64,000 nucleotides of DNA. Source: Savitreella phatthalungensis (lineage: Eukaryota). Position 1 is the stretch's first letter. Each line of letters opens with the position of its first letter. Positions 1 to 11,064 of this stretch are shown here, one piece after another. Where the stretch lies: positions 186,001 through 250,000 of the forward strand of contig AP039693.1 of NCBI GenBank assembly GCA_051599415.1, given 5' to 3'. The position numbers and the translations under genes are program-made. Under the pieces are notes generated by a model. That model was not told the origin of the DNA. It did no database searches and worked only from the letters and a program-made list of their open reading frames with translations.

Positions 1-542
1 ATTTGATCGCACCGAGGCGATGGTTTTCGTCATGTGCGGAAAATTCGTTGAGAGATTTACCATCACTAGGACCAGCCGGCAAAGTTCTCATCATGTCTCA
101 CAACAAGGAGTCTTGGCGAACCAGACACACCAAGACGTTCTGTACTCGCTTGACGCCCTGCTCAATCACTTTCTAGGTATCTTGTCATGATCGTGGAAGC
201 AGTTCGATGTCTTCCGTTGGCATTGGCTCAAATGCCTTACACAAGCGCTCACATCGACGCCATGGCGGAGATAAGGTTCTTAGGATCGTCACCCCACAAA
301 CGGCTCCACCTGCATCAACTCACCATGACTGAGTAAGTGGAAGATCCGCCTCACTCCGCTAGCATCAACGCAGCAAGCGACCAAACTCACTGTCACAGGT
401 CTCTGGGTGAGCTAAAGCATCTCACCTCTTAGTGACGCGACGTTGTCGTCATCATCACACTTGACACTCTCTCGATCAGTCACTCAACCATCCTTTTTAG
501 CACTCTCAACTGATTTGACATTCTACCTTCTCTTCCGCAACC

Positions 543-1406
543 ATGCTGCGATACACCTCAAACAACGACGTCCGATCTCCTCGCCGGGTTGGTGGCACAC
601 ATCGATCTTCGACGAGTGCTGTATCGCTTGACGATGCATCACTACGTCGTTTGTGGCAGTCCTCTGAGGCTGACCCCTTGACTCCTACGTCGCAAGTCCC
701 GGCACGTGCACTGTCGCAGACGGTGCCCTTGACGACACCGGTTCGGTGTGTGAGTGCTCGGGAGCGATCGATGTCGATGCCGTCGTCGCGTGCAGGTGTG
801 GTGACACAGCGTCCGCTCGATGGTGGTGCTCTGTCGTTCTACCCACCGTCACAGCAGGTGACCGCGTTCGGGCACATCAATACACAGAACCTCCCACACG
901 ACACCGCAGACGACATCGTCTTTGTCATCAAGTCCTTCACAGAGGCCGATGTGGCAGCATCTGTGTTGTACGAGGTATGGAGTAGCAACGAGGTTGGCAA
1001 TTGGCGACTTGATCGTGCTTGGCGTGAGGGTTTGGGTTGGAGACGTACGTGGTTGGCGTTTTCAGTGAATGGGTCTGGTAGGTTTTGTGGGGTTGCTGAG
1101 TTGGTCGGTGGGTTGGAGGATGGGACGCTGGTAGGCGTGTGGGAGAGGGCTGGCGGGAGGGTGTGGGAAGGGCATTTCAGGGTGAGGTGGCATACCGTGG
1201 TCGATTTGCCTACCACCGAGCTCACCCACATCCAAATCGATGGACCCACTCCAAGGACGATCGCAAGGGCTAGAGATACTCACAGGCTCGAAGGCAGATC
1301 CGCACAGCAACTCCTTGATGCATTCCGAATTGCAAGACTACGTCCACCCTTTATCGACAATCTACTCGATCGTCATATCGATTACCTGACCTACTTCCCA
1401 CGCTGA
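543..1406 (+). CDS. YTH-domain RNA-binding protein (YTHDF/Pho92-like m6A reader)
   Basis: C-terminal YTH motifs FVIKSF, VWSS-N-GN-RL, FSVNGSGRFCGVAEL, GVW, W-G-F-VRW, RARDT; low-complexity N-terminus. Confidence 0.9.
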   Translation: MLRYTSNNDVRSPRRVGGTHRSSTSAVSLDDASLRRLWQSSEADPLTPTSQVPARALSQTVPLTTPVRCVSARERSMSMPSSRAGVVTQRPLDGGALSFYPPSQQVTAFGHINTQNLPHDTADDIVFVIKSFTEADVAASVLYEVWSSNEVGNWRLDRAWREGLGWRRTWLAFSVNGSGRFCGVAELVGGLEDGTLVGVWERAGGRVWEGHFRVRWHTVVDLPTTELTHIQIDGPTPRTIARARDTHRLEGRSAQQLLDAFRIARLRPPFIDNLLDRHIDYLTYFPR

Positions 1407-1472
1407 GACCTTCATTCGTTTTCAAAAGTTCTACGTATAGCATATCATATTCCGTATACAGGTGTGGCGATT

Positions 1473-3992
1473 TTATTGTAAAACTCTTGGTTTGACGTCT
1501 ATTTCGACTTTGCCTTGTTTGATAGTGGCGTTAAAGTTATCTTGGAAGATTGGCCTCCTGTGACTCCACCAGAGTGCTCCCCTGTGCTGGACGACGGCCG
1601 TCTGTGGTTTGGGCTTTGACGGTGAGGGTGCTTCGGCGGTGGCGTGGGTGGTTCCGAGGGTATCGACGTAGCCGATCGCTTTCGCTCGGAGGCTCGACAC
1701 CTCGTCACGCCAGACCGACATGACATGCGTCCAGGACGAGTGGAGGTAGTCGACTGCTACCTGCGCCTGCGCCTGCACGTTCGGGTTGAGTGCGTCCGTG
1801 AGCGGGAGGGCGAAATAGGAGCCTGGGTCGAGCGAGAAGTAGGTGGTGGGTGAGAGGGACGAGAAGTTGAGGAGGTCGACTGTGCAGAGTCCTGTGCGGG
1901 AGGCAGTGGTGTTGGTCGTGAGATTGGTGTCGTTGTTGCCAGGCCGAGGGAACTCGTCGTCGACAATGTCAAAGCCAGGGAGGAGAGTAGCGAAACCAGC
2001 GCCCGGATCGAACCGCCCGGCGAACTTGTCGATGAAAGTTGAGAGCTCGAGGCGCGCTAGATTCTGACCGATGCATGCCCTGGCAGATTTGCCAAAGGGA
2101 ATGAAGCTGTCTCGCTGTCGCTGGAGCCGGCGCTTGAGGTTGTCATTTGTCTCAGTTGGGGTATGGTGGTTTTGGTCATCGACGGATGAGGTTGAGGGGG
2201 TACGGATGTGGAGACGGTCGAATTTCTCAGCGGATTGGGCGGACATCCATCGGGCTGGCCAGTATGCTTCGGCGCCACGACGACCATCGCGCCAGGACCC
2301 CCAAACGCGCTCATCGTGGTGAAGAGCGTAGGCGGAGATGCCGACGTTCGAATTCGATGGAACGACTTTCAACCAGTCGTCCTGGAGGACGTCGTCATTG
2401 GCGATGAAGATGTCGTCGTCCGCGGCCACGCGTCGCGGCAAAAGCCTTGGGACGGGAGTCGCGATGCGCAGCGACTCATTGACGATGGCGGTTGTGAAGG
2501 TATCGCCGACTGAGGTTGTACTCGCCGCGGTCGAAGTGGCGTCTTTGTGCGCGCTGTCGCGCTGCTGTAGCTGAAGACTCGCCCGGTAGGCCGTGAGGAC
2601 TTCGGGCCGGCGGTAGAGGTGGTAGATACCAGTGGCGAGGGTGGTGGCTGTGGAGTCTACGCCAGCGAAGATGATGTCTGAGACCTCAGCCGTAAGGGCT
2701 TTTCGATCAAGTCCGCACTTGGCCCTGAGGAGTTTTGCATAGTGAAACTCTTGATCTTGGTCGCTATCGGATGCGATGTCGTCTGTGGAGGATGTACCTT
2801 CTTGAGAAGGACGTGTTTCGGCGAGGACGCAGTCGACGATCCTGGCCACGTAAGTATCGTAAGCGGCGAGTGCCTCGTCAGTGCCTGCGGGCTTGCGGTG
2901 GTATTCTTTGCCAGCAAAGGGCTCGCAGACCGTGTCTAGAAATCGGATGATGGGATGGGTCGATCTACCGAATTTGGCACTGCGGTTGATGTGGTCTAGG
3001 GCAAGCCCGAACTGCCTGCCTATGGTGCGCTCCCGTCGAGAGATCCGAGCGAGACGGTCCTTCTCCTGCTTGTCGATGGGAATTGTGCTATTGGCGGCGA
3101 AGGGCGAGGTTTGTGGGGCGTAGGGGACATAAGGTTGATCGAAAGCGAACTCTGTGATGGACTGTAGCGCGAATCCTCGGGCGATGCTGAGGATATCGAG
3201 AACGCCGTCGTCTTCTGCAGCGAGGTCGCACGCGTGTTCGACGAAGCGGTCAGAGGCGGCATCGATCACGTGCTGCCGCCGACGCACGTTTGCTGGAGAG
3301 AAGAGGTGTCTGACGGCCTTGACGCGGCGGCCGTGTTCATGTGGGTCGCGCATGGAGAATATGGTGGACTGACCATCGACGTCGAAGGCTGCGTACGCGT
3401 CTGACTTCGCGTACGGTTCGGTGGACGTGCCTGAGCCCTGGTTGTCCCCGGTGCGGACGCCATAGATACGTCCGAGATACTTCGGATCGTTCAAGCTGTA
3501 GTCCTTCGTACCCAGCCGGACGAGTTTCTCGCCGCGCGTGAGGTGGAGAGCGTGCAGGTACTGTGCGGGTCCTTTGACGACGTTCCTGCACCACCAGCCA
3601 CCGAACCACCGCTGGAGGGGCACGAGGACGCCTGCGTAGACGAGTGCTAGGAACGCTGCGAGGGAAGTGAGTAGGACGAACCAGGCGTTTGTGTCTTCTG
3701 GAGGCGGCGGAAACACAGGCTCGATAGAGAGTCTCCAGATAGCTAGGAGTGCGAGACTGATGGATTTGATGAGGAAGACGACAGTGTTGTAGCTGGGATC
3801 GCGACGTAAGGTCGGCCTGATGTCGTAGAGTCGTGGATCAAGCCGCTTGACCATACTCGCTCGCTTGTACTGCCGTACAAACGTCGCTCGCATCGTCCGA
3901 CGCACGATCATGTACCCGACAAGCACCATTCCGGCGGTTGTGAAGCGCTCATCCAGGGCGACCGCCTCTAGGACGTCGTTGACGATGCGCAT
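1473..3992 (-). CDS. Cytochrome P450 monooxygenase with long insertions
   Basis: I-helix AGVDST, K-helix ESLR, PARW meander, heme motif FGKSARACIG; N-terminal hydrophobic segments; first ATG at 3992 (the ORF track starts at GTG 4007). Confidence 0.9.
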   Translation of the reverse strand: MRIVNDVLEAVALDERFTTAGMVLVGYMIVRRTMRATFVRQYKRASMVKRLDPRLYDIRPTLRRDPSYNTVVFLIKSISLALLAIWRLSIEPVFPPPPEDTNAWFVLLTSLAAFLALVYAGVLVPLQRWFGGWWCRNVVKGPAQYLHALHLTRGEKLVRLGTKDYSLNDPKYLGRIYGVRTGDNQGSGTSTEPYAKSDAYAAFDVDGQSTIFSMRDPHEHGRRVKAVRHLFSPANVRRRQHVIDAASDRFVEHACDLAAEDDGVLDILSIARGFALQSITEFAFDQPYVPYAPQTSPFAANSTIPIDKQEKDRLARISRRERTIGRQFGLALDHINRSAKFGRSTHPIIRFLDTVCEPFAGKEYHRKPAGTDEALAAYDTYVARIVDCVLAETRPSQEGTSSTDDIASDSDQDQEFHYAKLLRAKCGLDRKALTAEVSDIIFAGVDSTATTLATGIYHLYRRPEVLTAYRASLQLQQRDSAHKDATSTAASTTSVGDTFTTAIVNESLRIATPVPRLLPRRVAADDDIFIANDDVLQDDWLKVVPSNSNVGISAYALHHDERVWGSWRDGRRGAEAYWPARWMSAQSAEKFDRLHIRTPSTSSVDDQNHHTPTETNDNLKRRLQRQRDSFIPFGKSARACIGQNLARLELSTFIDKFAGRFDPGAGFATLLPGFDIVDDEFPRPGNNDTNLTTNTTASRTGLCTVDLLNFSSLSPTTYFSLDPGSYFALPLTDALNPNVQAQAQVAVDYLHSSWTHVMSVWRDEVSSLRAKAIGYVDTLGTTHATAEAPSPSKPKPQTAVVQHRGALWWSHRRPIFQDNFNATIKQGKVEIDVKPRVLQ

Positions 3993-4246
3993 GATCTTGT
4001 TGGTCACTCGCGAGTTGAAGTGGATCAGATCATCAGAAGGTCTTTGAGCATGCTGTCGAAGCTGGTAGGCTTGCCTTTTGTGAGGTTGGCCGTGGATTAT
4101 TGTGGAGTGTGCTAACTGTTAACGTTGGAGATATATTCTTGTGATCGGATGATCACTTACGTACGTCTTTGCTTGCACACAGGCAGAAGTTGCACTTACA
4201 CACAGGATACCAGGACTTTAACGCAGGCGGCGACGGAGTAGGTGTG

Positions 4247-4584
4247 ATGCCGTCATCATGCAGGGTGAGTTATCTGGATGTGTCTGATTGTGACAGTTGT
4301 GTTCAGGGGACTGACGGGTGGTTGCCTAGGATATCCGGGAAGCTATTGCGGAATGCTTGAGGACGAGTCCGTGCCTGCAGAATGCGCCGGCGGGTAGTGG
4401 TCGGACGGGCGCAGATTGCTTGAAGGATCCGTACTTGAGGGCGAATGAGGTACCCGAGCCATGTCTGCTATTGCTCAAGAACTTCTACGATTGCAAACGC
4501 GGACTGCTCGACATGAGGAAGCGGTTCAGGGGCAATGCGCCTGTTGTCCAGCGAGAGGACGCTGAGGATGAGGTACCTGTATGA
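4247..4584 (+). CDS. PET191: Cytochrome c oxidase assembly factor Pet191/COA5; exons 4247-4264 and 4330-4584
   Basis: Spliced product MPSSCR|DIREAIAECLRTSPCL...FYDCKRGLLDMRKRFRGN; intron 4265-4329 GTGAGT..CTGAC..TAG keeps frame; twin CX9C-type cysteines. Confidence 0.9.
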
Positions 4585-4701
4585 TCGACAGAGACTTTGC
4601 ACACAGACGAGGACGTGGACGAAAGAGATCTAGTTCAGACTACGCTAGACGCTCAAGCTTGTAAATCTTCCCTTGTAAGACAGGGAGCGCTGAAGATAGG
4701 A

Positions 4702-6465
4702 CTATAGATCAATCAGGTTGCCGCCGCCGCCACTACCACTGTTACCTGCTGGATGACCGTACATGGACTGCTGGCCGTATATGGGTTGTTGTTGATAGGC
4801 TTGCTGCTGCTGCGGCTGCTGCTGGTAGACGTGCTGCTGACTGGGGTAGGTCTGCTGGGGTTGACCGTACGTGGCAAATCCGCCGGTCTGCTGTGTACCG
4901 ACGTAGCCGGTCGCAAATCCCTGTTGCTGTTGCTGCTGCTGTTGCTGCTGTGGTCCTGTACGCTGGGCGTGAAGGAAGGGGTTGTGACCTGTCTGCTGTG
5001 TTCGGATGGCGCCTGCTGAGGATGAGCCTGCAGAGTTCATGAACGCTTGAGAGGCTGTGTGGTGACGTGCGATTCGTGTCTCGCCTGTGTTGCCAAAGGT
5101 GTCTGCGCCTGTGCCAGCGCCGATGAGAGCGGCGAGATCTGCGTATTTCCGATCGTCGCGACGTTGCGGAGCAGGCTTGTTGGCTTGAGCGTTCGCATAC
5201 GAACCAAATACGTCTGGCTGCTGGTGATGGCGCTGCTGCATGTCGTTCAAGGTAGGCTGACCTTGTGGCTGGTATGGCTTGGTGACAGGAGCTGCTCCGC
5301 CATTCGAGATGTTGCCGAACTGAGCGAATGGGTTGTTGTTGCCTGTACGCACAGGCTCGAGTCGTTGTGCTGGAGCGGGTTGCTGCTGTGGTGGCTGCTG
5401 CGGTTGGCCTGGACCGAATGGGTTGTTACGACCGGTCGGTTGTCTTTCGATGCGAGTTGCTGCGTTCATGCCTGTGTTCTGTGCAGTCAGGAAATCGTGC
5501 TGACCGCCTCCGTAGTCTTCGTACTGTGACTGCGGCTCCTGCTGCTGTGGATAGTATCCTGTGTATTGAGGTTGCTGTGTCTGAGCGTATGCGTTCTGCA
5601 AGTAGCCTGTGTTCTGTGGCATATTCTCGTAGACCGGATTGCCGAAAAAGTCGACCTGTTGCTGCTGCTGGTATGCGTTGGCTGCAAACTGCTGGTCGTT
5701 GCTGTCGTCAAAGATGCTTTCGTCCTGCTGACGGCGCTTGCGTGCAGCCTCCTCTTCCTCGGACAAGCGTATGGCGCGCCGAAGGTCTGCATCTTCGTCG
5801 TCATCGTCTTGCTCGACGACAGGTGCAGGAGGTGCACCACCGTTGCGCCGACGCTCGTCAATCTCCGCTTGCCGCTTGCTCTCTGCGATAGCACGGCGCA
5901 TCTCGTCATCGTCCTCGCCGTCGTCATCGTTAGCGCGTCGCCTGAGATAAGCACCGCCTGTGCGCTGTGGCTGGAGCGGTCTCTCCTGCTCATCGTTACC
6001 GTTGAGTCGCTCGACGGAATACGATCTGTTGCGCCGTTCTGCGCGGAGTCTGTCGTCGTCCTGGAGGAGTGCTGTGAGTGATTTTGCCTTTGTGCGGATG
6101 TTGGTGCCCTGATCGCGGTTTGATTCGTCCATGTAGATGAACTCGCGGAGGGTCTTGATGAGGTAGATATTGTCTTTGCCCCAGAGGACGACATTTTCCG
6201 AGCCGACGTGGAGGATGTAGTCAAAGACCGTTAGAGCCTTGTACACATGCCGCCAGTTCTTTCCACGATCGTTCATGCGCTTGTCGAGTGTATCCATGAC
6301 TTCACCAAAGGAGTGTGGGTCATGTGTCATCTCTGCGATGTCTCGAAGGTCTGAGGAGGATGGACCCCATGCGTCATTGGAAGTTGCTCCACGGACTTTG
6401 ACCTGGATGGATGAGTACCCTTTGATGAGGTTTTTACCTGATCGGATGACGCTTTTTGTAGCCAT
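4702..6465 (-). CDS. ENT1: Epsin (ENTH domain, UIMs, NPF motifs, clathrin box)
   Basis: KVRGATSNDAWGP, KNWRHVYKAL ENTH motifs; UIM-like RRAIAES / RRAIRLS; NPF x3; C-terminal NLIDL. Confidence 0.95.
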   Translation of the reverse strand: MATKSVIRSGKNLIKGYSSIQVKVRGATSNDAWGPSSSDLRDIAEMTHDPHSFGEVMDTLDKRMNDRGKNWRHVYKALTVFDYILHVGSENVVLWGKDNIYLIKTLREFIYMDESNRDQGTNIRTKAKSLTALLQDDDRLRAERRNRSYSVERLNGNDEQERPLQPQRTGGAYLRRRANDDDGEDDDEMRRAIAESKRQAEIDERRRNGGAPPAPVVEQDDDDEDADLRRAIRLSEEEEAARKRRQQDESIFDDSNDQQFAANAYQQQQQVDFFGNPVYENMPQNTGYLQNAYAQTQQPQYTGYYPQQQEPQSQYEDYGGGQHDFLTAQNTGMNAATRIERQPTGRNNPFGPGQPQQPPQQQPAPAQRLEPVRTGNNNPFAQFGNISNGGAAPVTKPYQPQGQPTLNDMQQRHHQQPDVFGSYANAQANKPAPQRRDDRKYADLAALIGAGTGADTFGNTGETRIARHHTASQAFMNSAGSSSAGAIRTQQTGHNPFLHAQRTGPQQQQQQQQQQGFATGYVGTQQTGGFATYGQPQQTYPSQQHVYQQQPQQQQAYQQQPIYGQQSMYGHPAGNSGSGGGGNLIDL

Positions 6466-6685
6466 CCTTGAAGCGATGTACTTATCGGCGTGACTCTAGA
6501 TCTTGAATGTTGGACAAGTCGAGCGTGGGATCAGCTGAAGGAAGTCTAAGCGCCGGGGAATGTGAGCAGAGGTGAGGTTGGACGAGGTGATTATTGGGGA
6601 CTATGAGAAGAGTCTAAAAGGGAGGATGCGCTGGGAGTAGAAGATGATGTAGAAGGTTGACTTGACTTTTGACTCGACACTAGAT

Positions 6686-6713
6686 GCTGATGATGATGAT
6701 GATGATGATGATG
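6686..6713. repeat. (GAT)n microsatellite upstream of epsin
   Basis: ctgatgatgatgatgatgatgatgatg. Confidence 0.8.
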
Positions 6714-7365
6714 TCTTGGCGCGACTGTGTGGATGAGTGGATGGATGGTTGAATGACCTTTGGGATGATCCTAGTGTGAGTGAGTGAATGAAGTCGAGAA
6801 CATGTGTGCGCTGTACGCTGTTACGTAGCTTTCGATATCATCCCATATGCACACCTACAATAATTCTACCGTTGGAGAAATTTAAATAAATTTGAACTCA
6901 GAATCTGAATTCGGCGTATGAGAATTTCAATTTCAATTTCCGAATTAATTTGATTAGATTTCGGTGGATTCAAAAAGTCCTTTTTCCCACTTCTACGTCA
7001 TCTACCGCCCACATTCACGTGTACAGGAATCACTCGATCCCTATACTCCATCAGTGCACTACACGTGCATACTCATTCATCTGCTTTGCCTTCCTGGATA
7101 ACTTCCGCAGCAAATGTATGTCCGTATGAGTGCTGAAGTTATTATACCAGCAGGTTCTATGACACAGAGTCAACAGTCCACAGTCATTCAATCACACGTA
7201 CGTCCTGTAGCAAACTTGTGTAAATATCAGAGAATTGCTCTTTGCTCTCTTGTTGAGGGTATACATTTGCGCTAGCCACGCTATCTGAGAAATTGTGAAC
7301 TTTGAGGTGTGATTGTGTGTGATGGAGTGAGTATGTTCGGGAAGCGAGTGAGTGATTGCCACTTT

Positions 7366-8856
7366 TTAGATGTGCTGACCTGGAGCAATCTCACTTCCAG
7401 GACGGACGGTCTGTGATCCAAAAGTGCCTGCAACGTTACCTCCTGCTAGGAAGTCGTTGCCTGTGCGAGCACGGGCATCTGCGATCCGCTTTTCCACTTC
7501 TGGACGGAAGTTTCTGATGAGTCCCTGGATTGGCCATGCTGCTGCGTCACCGAGTGCGCAGATCGTGTGTCCCTCGATCTGCTTTGTGAGCTCCCAGAGT
7601 TGGTCAATCTCGCGCTCGCGTGCCTCGCCTCGCTCGAGTCTCGACATCATCTTGGCGAGCCAGGTGGTGCCCTCGCGGCACGGTGTGCACTGGCCACACG
7701 ACTCGTGCTGGTAGAAGGCTGCAAAGCGGGAGATGGCAGCGACAATGTCGGTCGACTTGTCCATGACAATCACAGCTGCTGTGCCCAGACCAGACTGCAT
7801 GTCCTTGAGTGAGTCAAAGTCCATCAACGCGTCCTCGCACATCGACTTTGTGAGCACTGGGACAGACGAACCTCCTGGGATGATACCCAGCAGGTTGTCC
7901 CAGCCACCGCGCACGCCACCGCAATGCTTCTCAATCAGCTCCTGCAGCGGGATCGACATCTCCTCCTCGACTGTGCAAGGGTTGTTGACGTGACCTGAAA
8001 TGGCAAACAGCTTTGTACCGCTGTTTCGCTCACGGCCCATGCCTGCGAACCAGGAAGCGCCCCTGCGGAGAATGGTCGGGGCCACTGCGACGGTCTCGAC
8101 GTTCGTCACCGTCGTCGGGCATCCGAACAGACCGACGTCTGCTGGGAAAGGAGGCTTTAGACGTGGCTTTCCAGCCTTACCCTCGATCGACTCGATCAGC
8201 GATGTCTCCTCTCCACAGATGTATGCACCTGCGCCACGGTGCAGGTAGATGTTGAAGTTGTAGCCGGTTCCGAGAATGTTCTTGCCCAGGTAGCCTGCCT
8301 TGTATGCCTCGTTGATAGCAGTCTGGAGGGTGGATGCCTCGTTGTAGAACTCTCCACGGATGTAGATGTAGCAGTCAGTTGCATTCATCGCACGTCCAGC
8401 CACGATGCATCCCTCGACGAGCTTGTGTGGCTCCTTGCGCATGATCTCTCGGTCCTTGCATGTGCCAGGCTCACCTTCGTCTGCGTTGATGACTAGGTAC
8501 CGTGGTCGTGGATCCTGCTCCCAGTTCGGTTTGTTCATGAACGACCACTTGAGTCCTGATGGAAAGCCTGCACCACCACGGCCACGAAGACCTGAGGCCT
8601 TGACCTCTGAGATGATCCAGTCGTGTCCCTTGAGGAGGATTTCCTTCAGTTTGTAATAGTCGCCGTATTTTTGCGCATTTGCGAGTGTCGGTTCGTGTCT
8701 GGCATAAAGGTTCTGGAAGATGCGGTCCTGATCCTTGAGGTTACCGTGTGAGCGCTTTGGTGCATCAGTGACGGTGGCCAGGGTACGAGCATTGATGGCT
8801 GCGCGCCTTGTGCTGGCCTTTAGCGCTGACCTTGCTAGCGTGCGGGACGAAAGCAT
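7366..8856 (-). CDS. NDUFV1: NADH:ubiquinone oxidoreductase 51-kDa flavoprotein subunit (NDUFV1/NuoF)
   Basis: [53 protein letters not shown]; Arg/Ser-rich mitochondrial presequence from ATG 8856. Confidence 0.97.
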   Translation of the reverse strand: MLSSRTLARSALKASTRRAAINARTLATVTDAPKRSHGNLKDQDRIFQNLYARHEPTLANAQKYGDYYKLKEILLKGHDWIISEVKASGLRGRGGAGFPSGLKWSFMNKPNWEQDPRPRYLVINADEGEPGTCKDREIMRKEPHKLVEGCIVAGRAMNATDCYIYIRGEFYNEASTLQTAINEAYKAGYLGKNILGTGYNFNIYLHRGAGAYICGEETSLIESIEGKAGKPRLKPPFPADVGLFGCPTTVTNVETVAVAPTILRRGASWFAGMGRERNSGTKLFAISGHVNNPCTVEEEMSIPLQELIEKHCGGVRGGWDNLLGIIPGGSSVPVLTKSMCEDALMDFDSLKDMQSGLGTAAVIVMDKSTDIVAAISRFAAFYQHESCGQCTPCREGTTWLAKMMSRLERGEAREREIDQLWELTKQIEGHTICALGDAAAWPIQGLIRNFRPEVEKRIADARARTGNDFLAGGNVAGTFGSQTVRPGSEIAPGQHI

Positions 8857-9227
8857 GATAAACGAGCTGGTCACTTAAGAAGCGTTGTAGCTGATCGTCT
8901 TAAAGAGCGCTTGGGAGAGTGAGTGAGTGTGGACCCAGGTGGTATGCTACCTGGAATGGTGATACAGAGACAGAGAGTAAGGTTTGAGTGAGTGAATGAG
9001 TGAGTAAGTGACAAGCAGAGTGAATGAGAGAGTCAGTAGGAAGTGTATGTGTTTGCTCGGTGAGTCGCGCAGAAGCTCTTTCCGATAGACAGAGAGGCTA
9101 AAATTGAATGATTAGAAGACTGGTCGGGTGAGTAGCATATTGAGAGTAGTAGTATTGACTACTTTGACAGAACTAATGAATTGGTGGCCAAGAGTAATAG
9201 AATTTTGTGGTCATAAGCAGATTCTGT

Positions 9228-9300
9228 CCAATCAGAAATTCTGCTATGGTAATCCACTCTGTTCTAGCTCTCTATCCTGCCTAATTCAAATCTGGATTGG
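9228..9300. promoter_or_regulatory. Two opposed CCAAT boxes in the divergent NDUFV1/SOD2 promoter
   Basis: CCAATCAG at 9228 and GGATTGG at 9294-9300; the CCAAT-binding (HAP) complex regulates respiratory genes in fungi. Confidence 0.4.
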
Positions 9301-9825
9301 TGCATCAAGAGAAACAGAGACGGAATCGAATATTTCAAAAGTGTGGCAATGCCCGGTAGAATCTAGACTCCTCGTGCACGTGTGTCTTTGTAGGTGTGGC
9401 TGGAGGAAAGATGAAATTTGATTGATATCTGGATCACTGGATAAATTTGAATTGATCTGGATGAATGCTGAAGTGAATTAATGAGATCTACTTGGCCATG
9501 CATCTCCAGAAAACCATGTCAGAATTTTGGATATCGCTTCCGCGTCATTTCCGGTCAGCGATCTGATCTCCAGCATCTATTTCAGATAGCAGTCAGTGAA
9601 TTGTGAGAGATTGTGAGTGGGGGAGTAATTTATAAATCTACAGTTACAAGGGTGAAACCGCCAAGGTGCATCAATCCATCACTAATTTGGATTTCCGGAT
9701 CAAATCCTGCTGGCTTCCTGTTTGGAGGAATTGATTCAAAAATGACGCGAGAGGAAATGTGATGAGCGTGATACAAAATCCCTCAAATCAAACGTCAGAA
9801 ATGGAACTTCTCACCTCAGCTACTC

Positions 9826-9906
9826 GATCTCACATACTCCACTCACTCACTCACTCACTCTCATACACACATACTCACTCATTCACTCACTCACTCACTT
9901 ACTCAA
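9826..9906 (+). repeat. (CACT)n / CA-rich simple repeat upstream of SOD2
   Basis: actcactcactcactcactc...actcactcattcactcactcactcact. Confidence 0.8.
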
Positions 9907-10200
9907 GTGTACAATCAGCGTACAGTATACAGTCAAGTGTAACTAAAGCAAGAGTCACAGAGTCTCAGTATCCCTCTCTCACTCTCACATCAGCTGGTTC
10001 ATTCTCCCCCCAGAGAACTCATACCATCTGCATCACACCATCTGCATCACACCATCTACACTGCCCGAGCAAACCACATCCCCTAACCTTCCAACCATCC
10101 AACCATCAACCACCACTTCCACACATACACACACAGACACACCCTCCAACCACTCCTCATACCCAACTCACCATCTATCCCAATCAAACATCACCCAGTC

Positions 10201-11001
10201 ATGTTCAGATCAGCTCTCTCAAAGACAGCTTCAGCACGAGCAGCTATCATGTCTTCTCCTTCAACCTTTGTCCGTAACAAGCACACTCTTCCAGCACTCC
10301 GTAAGTCTCTATGCACTCCCACAGCATCTGCCCTGATCCCTTTCTTAATCGACCTACAGAGACTGACCGCGTAGCTTACGAGTACAATGCTCTCGAGCCG
10401 GCAATTTCCGAGCAGATCATGAAACTTCACCACCAGAAGCACCACCAGACCTACGTCACCAACCTCAATGCTGCAGAGGAAAAGCTCGCAGCTGCTGTCA
10501 ACGCAAACGACGTCAAGGCCAACATTGCTCTTCAAGCAGCCATCAAGTTCAATGGTGGTGGCCACCTCAACCGTATGATCCATCTTCCGCCCTCATCTCA
10601 TCGCCATGAACATCCCCACTGACATAGCCTCTACAGACTCGCTATTCTGGGAGAACCTGGCTCCGACGTCGCAGGGCGGCGGTAAGCTGTCTGGCGGTGC
10701 CCTGTCTGACGCTATCGAGAAGGAGTTTGGTGGCTTGGAGAAGCTGAAGGGTGACTTCAACGCTGCGCTTGCTTCCATCCAGGGCTCTGGCTGGGGTTGG
10801 CTCGTGAAGGATGCCTCCACAGGCAGACTCAAGATTGTCACCACCGCCAACCAGGACCCGATCACTGGCGACAAGGTCATCTTGGGTGTCGATGCGTGGG
10901 AGCACGCGTACTACCTCCAGTACGAGAACGCAAAGGTCAAGTACTTTGACGCAATCTGGCAGGTCATCAACTGGGATGCCGCCACAAAGCGTTACGCGTA
11001 G
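10201..11001 (+). CDS. SOD2: Mn superoxide dismutase; exons 10201-10300, 10375-10572, 10637-11001 (isoform ending ...KRYA*)
   Basis: [50 protein letters not shown]; introns GTAAGT..CTGAC..TAG and GTATGA..CTGAC..CAG restore frame; presequence [15 protein letters not shown]. Confidence 0.96.
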
Positions 11002-11064
11002 GTAGTTCACATACACTCACCACCAACCTCCTGCTCCTCAGCTATTGACAAAACCATTCTGTAG

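Noticed and set aside
9228..9300. HapX bipartite site (CSAAT-N12-RWT) at the CCAAT boxes
   Set aside because: The bases at the RWT position do not match for either box
9759..10277. 172-aa His/Thr/Ser-rich ORF upstream of SOD2
   Set aside because: Translation of CACT/CA simple repeats in the promoter/leader; no domain
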